Assembly (NCBI GenBank): GCA_043788195.1 | Contig: JAYVUE010000024.1 | Span: 13,265-77,264, forward strand | Length of the DNA stretch: 64,000 bases | Source of the DNA: Chitinophagaceae bacterium | Lineage (GTDB): Bacteria > Bacteroidota > Bacteroidia > Chitinophagales > Chitinophagaceae | Reading direction: 5' to 3' | Shown: positions 1 to 8,100 of the stretch, piece after piece | How the letters are laid out: every line of letters begins with the position of its first letter | Numbering within the stretch: position 1 is the first letter of the stretch | The notes under the pieces: generated by a model | What the model was told of the DNA's origin: nothing | The model's input: only the letters and a program-made list of their open reading frames with translations | Database searches by the model: none | Made by a program: the position numbers and the translations under genes

Positions 1-555
1 TGCCAGTTCTCGTAATTTTAACGGGGTTGCATCAATACTCCTGTTTCTCCAGGCAATATCGGGTGGAGGTATCATTGTTCTTGCTTTAAATATCACTACG
101 CCAGGTTTTTTTATTCCTCTCGACAGGTCAGCCGAGTGGCAAGAGTCAGATATCCAGATAAATTGAACACCCTTTGGTATTTTGGAAAATATTTTTGCAA
201 ATTCTTTATCCCGCAGGGCGGTTTCATCGGTCCAGTCAAAATCATAAGGGCATATCACTTCATCCAGTTTATCCGGTTCGCCGGTTTTTGCCCTTGTTAC
301 CATTTGTGCACCATGGCCGCTGTAATGAAATAGTAATTGATCTCCGGCTTTTGCACCTGTTACAAGCCACTTTAATCTGTCACTTATATTTTCCTTTGTT
401 GCCCTATCATCTATAAGCAATCTTACATCGGGCATTTTAAAAGATCTTTTCTTAGTTATAAAATCAGCCATATCGGTTATATCATTGATACAGCCATTTA
501 ATTCATTGTCAGGATCGGGGTATTTATTGATACCTACTAAAACTGCTTTTTTCAT
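1..555 (-). CDS. Caspase-family (metacaspase, peptidase C14) protein, 3' end runs off the window; absent from the ORF track
   Basis: Manual translation from ATG at 555 stays open to position 1: MKKAVLVGINKYPDPDNELNGCINDITDM...LLFHYSGHGAQ...EVICPYDF...WISDSCHSAD. This has the HYSGHG/DSCHS catalytic His-Cys dyad. Confidence 0.93.
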   Translation of the reverse strand, partial: MKKAVLVGINKYPDPDNELNGCINDITDMADFITKKRSFKMPDVRLLIDDRATKENISDRLKWLVTGAKAGDQLLFHYSGHGAQMVTRAKTGEPDKLDEVICPYDFDWTDETALRDKEFAKIFSKIPKGVQFIWISDSCHSADLSRGIKKPGVVIFKARTMIPPPDIAWRNRSIDATPLKLRELA

Positions 556-973
556 GTTTGTAAGTTTAGTGTTTTAAAAATTTTGTGTAATTGGGCTTTA
601 AAAATTTCATCCCCTCATCGCATGCTATTACTGAGTTTAGGAACGCATTACCAGGATGAAATTTTTTCATGCTTCAGGTTTATTGAATACAGTAGATACA
701 CTTGGTTATTCAACTACGGCAGCAATAAAATGGCCGTAGATTAGCTGAGAACAATGGAAGAAGCGATTAAGATTGTATCTGTACCTGAACGATTAGCTAA
801 TATACTGTGATGTTTTTATAAATGCAATTATTTTCGCTGATTTTCTTTACCTGTACTTCGGGTTGATTCCTTTTTTTTAGGATTTGATAGCATATTTAGA
901 TGGAGTAAGGATTTGTTTAGAATAGATGTGGCATTTTAACAAAAAAATAAATTACAATCCGCTTACCAGGAAT

Positions 974-2230
974 TTACCAACCCATAAAACGTTTGGGATT
1001 TTCATAAGCGATAAGGTCAAATAATTTATCATCATTTAGTTCTGCCTTAAAAAGATTCAATAAATCATTTTCATCGGCAACACTGGCAACAACATAATAA
1101 TCTGTACCAAAGAGTATCTTCTTATTGATCGTTTCATCTTTCAGTAATTCTTTCAGTTCGGTATAAATAGATTTATCATGTAATGTAAAACTGATATCAG
1201 CATAAACGTTCTCATATTTTCTTAACAGGTCAATTATGATCAATAACCATTTGTATTTATCCTTTCCAAACCAGGGATGGTCGATCTGTAAGTAATTTGT
1301 ATCGGCCATTTGTTTTACAACTCTTCTTTTGAATAAATTTGTAAAAGAACGTTTTGTTAACCATTCTCCTTCCCCGCCAAAATGCCCAAGGCAAATTTTT
1401 AGTTTTGACAGATCGGGTGCATCCTGTCCCCAATAAGTTTTCAGAATCTGATGATTAAGCAGGCATTCATAATTGAGTGGGTGTGTCCAGTTGAGTTGAA
1501 ATTCATTGGCATCTTTACCAAACATTCCCTGCCCGCTGATTGGATGTTGCTGGCCCTGTGATGGATCTATTCGATAATACACTGAACCATCAATACAATG
1601 AGTAACCAATGGCAAATTTTTTTGTATGGCATACTCGTAAACTTCTTTCAGATTTTTATGAAAAGGAAAATAGCCCATAGCTGGGTATAGTTTTATTCCA
1701 CTGAAGGGGGCTGCTGCATCTTCAATACAATCTTTAACAATATTCAATACATCATCCCGTCTTGGATCTGCAAATACGAATGGATAAATAATATCTTTCC
1801 AAACAGGTTCCGCTTTTAGTAGTTTCAGTTGTTCCAGTTGCCGCAGGTAATTGGTAGCCGGCACACCTGCTTTCATAAAATCCATATCCATTGACAGTGG
1901 TACAAATTTAAAATTGGCATTGGGCATCCAGTTTTTATAATTCTGTTGCAAAATTTTAAGCAGGTCTTCCTGCACTCTTTTTTTTCTGAATTTCAATAAG
2001 CCTTTGAGTCGCGATAATTGTTTAGCCATATCATCTGAGAACCATCCAAATACAGTGATTATCACTGATCGTGTTAGTAACCATACCACAAAACTGTTGA
2101 TGCCTGGCCCCCGTAATTTACTCACACTCAAAAATTTTTTGCCTCCGATCAGTGAATTAAAGAATTCTTCAGGTACATGCGCCAGGGTAAAGCAATGGGT
2201 GTGCATGTTGATGTAGTAGGGGGATGGCAT
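974..2230 (-). CDS. Amidohydrolase family protein (TIM-barrel metallohydrolase, Amidohydro_2-like)
   Basis: N-terminal HTH metal motif (MHTHCF), GIKLYP, THC, LGHFGG, YADIS, ILFGTD, ENPKRF. Confidence 0.82.
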   Translation of the reverse strand: MPSPYYINMHTHCFTLAHVPEEFFNSLIGGKKFLSVSKLRGPGINSFVVWLLTRSVIITVFGWFSDDMAKQLSRLKGLLKFRKKRVQEDLLKILQQNYKNWMPNANFKFVPLSMDMDFMKAGVPATNYLRQLEQLKLLKAEPVWKDIIYPFVFADPRRDDVLNIVKDCIEDAAAPFSGIKLYPAMGYFPFHKNLKEVYEYAIQKNLPLVTHCIDGSVYYRIDPSQGQQHPISGQGMFGKDANEFQLNWTHPLNYECLLNHQILKTYWGQDAPDLSKLKICLGHFGGEGEWLTKRSFTNLFKRRVVKQMADTNYLQIDHPWFGKDKYKWLLIIIDLLRKYENVYADISFTLHDKSIYTELKELLKDETINKKILFGTDYYVVASVADENDLLNLFKAELNDDKLFDLIAYENPKRFMGW

Positions 2231-2371
2231 GGGATAATAATTTAAAAAATGATAATTGTATTTAAATGGTTAACTCAGTAATATTTGCTGAATGATCTAA
2301 CAAAATACATATAGATCGACTGAAATACAATATTGATTAAAATTAAATAAAACAGCATTAAAAACCGGCAC

Positions 2372-2818
2372 TCAATTACATGGCGCCCAGTCAATACAAT
2401 TTTCCTTCTCAGTTGTTTCTTTAATTTTTGTCATTGTGCAACTGTGTTTTTTATGTCCCGGTGTACTGGGAGTACAGCACCATAAATTTACCGGGATATT
2501 AACTCTATAAACGGTACGTATAAGCGAATCATAGGAAATAGATTTAATTATTCCTGTAATCTTATTATCAGCAAGTACCAGTTCATATTCATTATTGCCC
2601 CATACGCCGTTGATCTCCATAAGTTTCTTATTATTTTTATCCCTATCGTAAAAATCACCGGCATTAAGAGTTCTTATCTTATTACGTGTTTCAAGAGGGA
2701 TCAGTTCATTATCCAGTGAATTTATTTTTACCATTGCTTCAATTGTTCTATCTGGTACTCTTTGAGAAAACCCATTATTCCAGCTAAATGGGATCAAAAG
2801 GAAGAGAAGCTTTTTCAT
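2372..2818 (-). CDS. Hypothetical secreted protein with Cys-rich C-terminus
   Basis: Sec-like N-terminus MKKLLFLLIPF; five Cys in the last ~35 aa; 4-bp overlap with the upstream gene. Confidence 0.6.
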   Translation of the reverse strand: MKKLLFLLIPFSWNNGFSQRVPDRTIEAMVKINSLDNELIPLETRNKIRTLNAGDFYDRDKNNKKLMEINGVWGNNEYELVLADNKITGIIKSISYDSLIRTVYRVNIPVNLWCCTPSTPGHKKHSCTMTKIKETTEKENCIDWAPCN

Positions 2819-3375
2819 TTTGTAAATATTTTAGTGAAAAAATAATTTTCAACTTTTTTATAAAAGGCATCGTAATAAATGCCTGCAAAAAGGCAAAAAA
2901 ATACCAGTGAAACGGCATTTATTTCTATCCCCTTACCCGTTAGGATTATCGGTATCAGAGAAGCAATGCCCTGAACAACGATCCCTGTTAAAATGCCCAA
3001 TAAGGGTTCCAAGAAATATTTAATGGTGAGCAGAGATTGTTTTTTATAAACTATGCTCAAAAGTATCCGAATTAAAACCCCAAGCAGGCTAAAGGAAGAT
3101 CCTGTAATAATCAATGCCAGATAATCGGGGATTGATTTAAAAAATGGGACAACATTTTGGAATTTCTGAATCCTTTGTTCATCAATATATTTTCTGACAG
3201 CCCCCATGTTTTTAAATGGAATGCCTTCGTAAACTACTTTTGAAGTATCGCTAGTACTTAATTTATTTATTTCAGTATTTGCAGCGCTTATTTTCATCAG
3301 TGCGATGCCTCCGATACCAAAGTATAATCCGATGGACAGCCAGAAAATAAAAAGGCAACCGACCAGGTATTTCAT
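2815..3375 (-). CDS. Hypothetical membrane protein (~4 TM)
   Basis: N-terminal hydrophobic helix plus three C-terminal hydrophobic segments; translationally coupled to 2372..2818. Confidence 0.65.
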   Translation of the reverse strand: MKYLVGCLFIFWLSIGLYFGIGGIALMKISAANTEINKLSTSDTSKVVYEGIPFKNMGAVRKYIDEQRIQKFQNVVPFFKSIPDYLALIITGSSFSLLGVLIRILLSIVYKKQSLLTIKYFLEPLLGILTGIVVQGIASLIPIILTGKGIEINAVSLVFFCLFAGIYYDAFYKKVENYFFTKIFTK

Positions 3376-3585
3376 GTTTGCTATTTTAGTTTTTAAAGAC
3401 TGGTCTTGCTATTAATCAGTAATCCCTTAATATTAAAACCTGGTAACATTTTGAAATCAGCTACACAAAGATCATATTACTCATAGTTGAAATCAAGGGT
3501 TTATTAAACCGTAATTGTACCGTTAATTCACTGTATTTTTTTTCTACCAGCAATTCCTAATTACTTCTGTACCTATTTAATTAAT

Positions 3586-3777
3586 TTGGTGGTTCATTCA
3601 ACTACTGCGATGCCACCACTATTGGTAAAAACCAAGCTGCAATTAGATAAGGCGGTGGATCTTTGTTACCGCCCGCAGCCATTTATTAATGAAACTAACC
3701 CGATAGTGTTTTTGTTTGAGTTGTATGATAAGAATACGGCGGGGTTGTTTGTGAAGGAGAAGAAGAAAAAGCGATAA
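3586..3777 (+). pseudogene. Remnant of the extreme C-terminus of an MmeI-like (type IIL) restriction-modification protein
   Basis: MPPLLVKTKLQLDKAVDLCYRPQPFINET...FLFELYDKNTAGLF resembles the MmeI-family tail (MPxxLxKAHxxLDKAVDxxYRxxPFxxExxRxxFLFELY); no methyltransferase body upstream. Confidence 0.65.
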
Positions 3778-3857
3778 CATCTTTGGAAATATGTTATCGC
3801 TTATAAACATATTAACTACTATAGTGTACTGAAGTTATTTTTTGAAATGCAATGCTA

Positions 3858-4799
3858 TTATTGGAGGTTTTTTAATTCCTTTGTCCAGTACAGTACCGAG
3901 TTATTATATGAAATTTTATAAGTTTCGAGATATTTATTGAATGGGTTCTCGTCGGTTGGTTGAATCTTACTTTGTAGCAAATCCTTAAATCCATTATAAT
4001 CTGAAACAATAGCTGATAGTTGGTTACGTAACGGATCGTTGGGATTTAACTTATAAATAATTTCATTTGCTGCTTTGGTAATTTGTTCGTTTGCTGCCAG
4101 TTCGGCTATAACAAATGGTTCATTAAAACTTCCATACTTATAAAAATCGCCGGTTAAAAGAAAGGGGAAACAATTAGGAATTTTAATGGTATCTGTTACA
4201 TTATTACAACTCCATAAAAGCCCGGGCTGTAGGGTAACATAATTATGCCATACAGGGTCTAAAAATGTATAATAAGAATTGGGGGAATTTTGCAAAGCCA
4301 GCCATTCAGAAACCTTTAAAGGAAATACTGAAAAAGCAGGGTCAATTACCATCGTATCAATCCTTTTATCAGTATGGCTTTTTACAAGTAACGTAATTGC
4401 CACATGAAAATCCCAAAAGATTTTATTAGTTCTTAATTTGAGGGGGTCGCCTACATCCAGTGCATCCTGAGCATTAAAAATTGAAATTTTAAAAGGGTCA
4501 AAATTCCAAACTTTATAATGCTTTATACCCTGTTTCTGAAGGTAAAAAGACATAACGGATGCCCTGTTTTGGCATCCATTATAAATACACTTGAAATCAA
4601 GTTTTGAACTTTCGAGGAAGAATTTAATAACTTCCTGCGTTTTCTTTTCAGAGATAGCATCATCGCTTGTTAACATTGATGTTGTAGGTTTACTACCACC
4701 CCCAAGTCCATAAGTCCATGAAATTTTAAACTCATGATTTTGCGAAAAACTGCATATTGAAAGACAAAAGAAAATAAATAATATTGATACTCGTTTCAT
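3858..4799 (-). CDS. Secreted protein-glutamine glutaminase (protein glutaminase) family protein
   Basis: GCQNRA...WDFHVAI...VIDPAF parallels the GCxxRA/WxYHVA/IIDPS Cys-His-Asp triad motifs; signal peptide begins MKRVSILF (ATG 4799; ORF track starts at 4838). Confidence 0.75.
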   Translation of the reverse strand: MKRVSILFIFFCLSICSFSQNHEFKISWTYGLGGGSKPTTSMLTSDDAISEKKTQEVIKFFLESSKLDFKCIYNGCQNRASVMSFYLQKQGIKHYKVWNFDPFKISIFNAQDALDVGDPLKLRTNKIFWDFHVAITLLVKSHTDKRIDTMVIDPAFSVFPLKVSEWLALQNSPNSYYTFLDPVWHNYVTLQPGLLWSCNNVTDTIKIPNCFPFLLTGDFYKYGSFNEPFVIAELAANEQITKAANEIIYKLNPNDPLRNQLSAIVSDYNGFKDLLQSKIQPTDENPFNKYLETYKISYNNSVLYWTKELKNLQ

Positions 4800-4893
4800 A
4801 ATTGAAATTTTAATTTTTACAAAAATTAAATAAAACATACGAACTGCCTCTGCTTAAATAAGTGTTGCAAAGGCAATCCGTATAACAAAGGCT

Positions 4894-5109
4894 TTAACAA
4901 ATTTTTGATGCTACTGCATCGCCTGCGGCGATTACAATGCCAATTGCTGCCTTAGCAATAGGATTTTTAATGATGCCTTGTAAAAGCTCCAGAGCTGTTT
5001 TGGCACCGGGCCAAATTTCACAAAATTTATTTTTTGATCCGGCAGGTGCCGATACCAAACTAATGTCTTTTGCATTGCTGGTAATTGTTTTTGCATTAAA
5101 TGTTGCCAT
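4894..5109 (-). CDS. Small amphipathic two-cysteine protein (71 aa), function unknown
   Basis: Clean ATG with AT-rich upstream region; C-terminal half FCEIWP...IIKNPIAKAAIGIVIAAGDAVASKIC is helical and hydrophobic. Confidence 0.7.
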   Translation of the reverse strand: MATFNAKTITSNAKDISLVSAPAGSKNKFCEIWPGAKTALELLQGIIKNPIAKAAIGIVIAAGDAVASKIC

Positions 5110-5302
5110 GTGATTTAGTTTTATAGTTAAAAATGATTGTATAAATATTCTAAAATCAACAGCAGCTAAGCAATGTGAAAACCACCCAAATTGGTTAGGG
5201 TTAAAAAACGGTAAAAAAAAGGTGAAAAGATTGTTGCAGATTTGAGAAGTATTATAGACTTTAGTGGTCTGATAAAATCTCTTAAACTTAAAAATTATTT
5301 TT

Positions 5303-5734
5303 ATGACTAATTCTCAAAAGGCTAAAGATTCTGGTAATATACCATACCAGACAATTTTACAATTACATGACAGGTATCTGCAAAGAAAGCATAAGTTCTT
5401 AACTACAGATTTGGGAACAAAAGAGGAAACAAAAACTATCTGGTTTGAACTCAACGCTGATATGAGGAATTTTTTAACAGAGGTGCTGAATGATTCAGAT
5501 GTAAGCGGAATCCGGGTTTATTTTATGGCCTATCCAGAAAAACAAATTGAAATAGATGGCACTTTAATACCAATTGACCCAAATGATGTAAACCAGCTAA
5601 CAATAGGTTTAGTAACTACATCGAATGCAGCTGGAGGAAAACATCCTGACTATCCTCAATCAATAGGAGGAGTTAAAATGCTTGTAGCACCACCTATGAA
5701 CCACGGCGAACTTTGCCCTCAAAAATGTGATTAA
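5303..5734 (+). CDS. Hypothetical protein ending NHGELCPQKCD; first gene of a two-component operon
   Basis: SGIRVYFMAY core, C-terminal CPxxC; 5 bp upstream of the membrane protein gene. Confidence 0.8.
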   Translation: MTNSQKAKDSGNIPYQTILQLHDRYLQRKHKFLTTDLGTKEETKTIWFELNADMRNFLTEVLNDSDVSGIRVYFMAYPEKQIEIDGTLIPIDPNDVNQLTIGLVTTSNAAGGKHPDYPQSIGGVKMLVAPPMNHGELCPQKCD

Positions 5735-5739
5735 TAAGT

Positions 5740-6390
5740 ATGTTTCCCTTACCTCCATTTTATTATTTTGAAATAGGTGCTTTAATAATCAGCGTAGTGT
5801 TTTTGTATAAATTCAATCATAAACCACTACGCTGGTTTATACCTTTTTTACTGTTGATGGTTTGCACAGAGCTTGCCGCCAGGCATTTCCGTAAAGTGCT
5901 GCATGAACCAAACACCTGGCTGTATAATATATCCATACCTGTAGAATATTTATTTTATGGTTTTATAATCGGCAGCCTTTGCCTTACAGGTTCCTTTAAA
6001 AAAACAGTTATCTACAGTACAGTCATCTTTGCTGTTTTCGTAATCATTAATTTACTTTTCAAACAGGGTTTTACAAACCTGAATACAAATGTTCTCAAGG
6101 TGGGTTCCTGCCTGATGATTGTTTTCAGTTGCCTGGGGCTTGTTGACCTGTTTACTAGTGATAATCACAGTTCATTATTGAAAAATCCTTTATTCTGGAT
6201 AAGTACCGGCGTGTTATTTTTTAATACCGGTGAATTTTTATACTTGTTTTTCTTCGATACATTTTTACACAATGGGTGGGATAAAACAGCAAAACTTTTT
6301 GGTTCAATCAACAATAAACTGATTTATGTTCTTTATTCTTGTATTTCAATAGCCATTGTATGTTCAAAGAAATGGGAGAAGAAAGCCTGA
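5740..6390 (+). CDS. Polytopic (~7 TM) membrane protein, probable separate sensor for the adjacent kinase
   Basis: About seven hydrophobic segments; 3' end overlaps the probable kinase start. Confidence 0.75.
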   Translation: MFPLPPFYYFEIGALIISVVFLYKFNHKPLRWFIPFLLLMVCTELAARHFRKVLHEPNTWLYNISIPVEYLFYGFIIGSLCLTGSFKKTVIYSTVIFAVFVIINLLFKQGFTNLNTNVLKVGSCLMIVFSCLGLVDLFTSDNHSSLLKNPLFWISTGVLFFNTGEFLYLFFFDTFLHNGWDKTAKLFGSINNKLIYVLYSCISIAIVCSKKWEKKA

Positions 6391-7130
6391 CTACTTTAAT
6401 TGTGTTAGGAACTGTAATTGTAGTTTTTTTTGTAGCATTTGTAGTGCTTTTATCGTACCTGTTTACAAATAGAAAAAATAAACTCTTACAGGAAAAACAG
6501 CTCATGAAAACACAATTTGATCGGGAACTCCTCCAAACACAACTCGAAATACAAGAGCAAACTCTTAAAACCATCAGCGAAGAAATTCATGATAACGTGG
6601 GCCAGGTACTTAGCCTGGCCAAACTAAACCTGAACACTTTTGACATCAACCCAGAAAAAAAATTAAGCGATACCAAACAACTCATCAGCAAAGCCATCAA
6701 CGACCTGCGAGACCTGAGCCGCAGCATGCACGGCGACCGGATTGCCGAGTTGGGCCTGCATCAATCCATTACTGATGAACTGCAAATATTACAAAACAGC
6801 GGTGAGTTTGAAACCCATATAAAAATTACCGGCGAAACTTATAAACTGCTGCCACAAAAAGAAATGGTACTTTTCCGCATTGTGCAGGAGGCGCTTAATA
6901 ACTGTATTAAATATTCCAAAGCAAAAAGTATTTCTGTTGAGCTTGATTATGGAAAGGAAAAATTTTCTTTAACTGTTACCGACAATGGGATTGGTTTTGA
7001 TACCCATGTAAAAACAGGAATAGGTTTAAAGAGCATGCAAAACAGGGCTGCATTGATTGGCGGTGTTTTTAACTTACAATCAACATCCAATAATGGTACA
7101 ACCATATCTATTGAACTGCCAACGTCTTAA
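6372..7130 (+). CDS. Sensor histidine kinase (HisKA_3 + HATPase) with one TM and no sensor domain
   Basis: H-box ISEEIHDNVGQ, N-box IVQEALNNCIKYS, G-boxes DNGIGF and GIGLKSM; likely start ATG 6372 (ORF track 6339). Confidence 0.93.
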   Translation: MGEESLTTLIVLGTVIVVFFVAFVVLLSYLFTNRKNKLLQEKQLMKTQFDRELLQTQLEIQEQTLKTISEEIHDNVGQVLSLAKLNLNTFDINPEKKLSDTKQLISKAINDLRDLSRSMHGDRIAELGLHQSITDELQILQNSGEFETHIKITGETYKLLPQKEMVLFRIVQEALNNCIKYSKAKSISVELDYGKEKFSLTVTDNGIGFDTHVKTGIGLKSMQNRAALIGGVFNLQSTSNNGTTISIELPTS

Positions 7131-7139
7131 ACCTTAAAC

Positions 7140-7159
7140 CCTGTCTGCCGACAGGCAGG
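7140..7159. repeat. REP-like palindrome CCTGTCTGCCGACAGGCAGG inside CTTAAAC-type short repeats
   Basis: Imperfect palindrome of the CCTGCCTGCCGGCAGGCAGG type, between kinase and regulator genes. Confidence 0.6.
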
Positions 7160-7185
7160 CTTTTAAACCCTTAAACGTTTCTTCG

Positions 7186-7833
7186 ATGGCAATAATAGCT
7201 TTAACCGACGATCATAGTTTACTCCGCAATGGCCTGGCCGAACTGGTAAAAAGCCAAGGGCATACCGTTTTATTTGAAGCAGACAACGGTAAAGATTTTA
7301 TTGCAAAACTAAATGCAGCTAACTTACCGGAGGTAGTACTCATGGACATCAACATGCCCGAAATGGATGGCTTTGAAACCACTCAATGGCTTAAACAAAA
7401 TCATCCCGGTGTAAAAGTGCTTGCCCTCAGCATGTACGATAATGAAACTTCTATCATACGCATGATCAGGTTTGGGGCCAAAGGTTATATTTTAAAAGAC
7501 AGTGAACCAGCCGAACTGAGGGCAGCCATTGATGATGTAATGAGCAAGGGATTTTATTACAGTGACCTGGTGAGCGGTAAACTGATACATGCCATCAATA
7601 AACTGGATGAAGAAGGCAATGAAACGAAAAGCGGGATACACCTGAACGACCGTGAAACCGATTTTTTAAAATATGCCTGCACCGAACTTACCTACAAAGA
7701 AATTGCCGATAAAATGTTTGTAAGCCCCCGTACCATTGATGGCTACCGGGATGCCCTCTTTGAAAAATTACACGCCAAAACAAGGGTTGGGTTGGTGATG
7801 TATGCTATTAAAAATGGAGTAGTGAATGTGTAA
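7186..7833 (+). CDS. NarL/LuxR-family response regulator
   Basis: DDH...LMDINMPEMDG...GAKGYILK receiver; C-terminal HTH TYKEIADKMFVSPRTIDGYR. Confidence 0.95.
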   Translation: MAIIALTDDHSLLRNGLAELVKSQGHTVLFEADNGKDFIAKLNAANLPEVVLMDINMPEMDGFETTQWLKQNHPGVKVLALSMYDNETSIIRMIRFGAKGYILKDSEPAELRAAIDDVMSKGFYYSDLVSGKLIHAINKLDEEGNETKSGIHLNDRETDFLKYACTELTYKEIADKMFVSPRTIDGYRDALFEKLHAKTRVGLVMYAIKNGVVNV

Positions 7834-7852
7834 ATGATTTTTCTCTTCTTTT

Positions 7853-7909
7853 TTCTTGAAAAAAAAGAAGCAAAAATTCAAGAATGAAAGATATACAACG
7901 CTTTCATTC
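7853..7909. repeat. Double-hairpin intergenic element / probable terminator
   Basis: TTCTTGAA..TTCAAGAA followed by TGAAAG..CTTTCA inverted repeats between convergent genes. Confidence 0.4.
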
Positions 7910-8100
7910 AGCAGCTTTGTTCAACATTTGTTCTTTTATAGCTTCGGCATTTTATCTCTACTCTTAAGGATAATCAATCCAATTTAATTAATGAGTTCAA
8001 ATATTGAAAAGTAGCATGTTATATTTAGGAAGAAGTATTTAGTTAACAGGCAGCCAACTTCGGGTTCTCCCGATTATTTCGAGAGGTTGGGGTGAGGCGC

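Noticed and set aside
136-416. Plus-strand ORFs 136..333 and 174..416
   Set aside because: Shadows of the minus-strand metacaspase
5160-5230. Response-regulator binding sites in the divergent promoter
   Set aside because: Only weak GGGT/ACCC half-sites; no clear repeated motif
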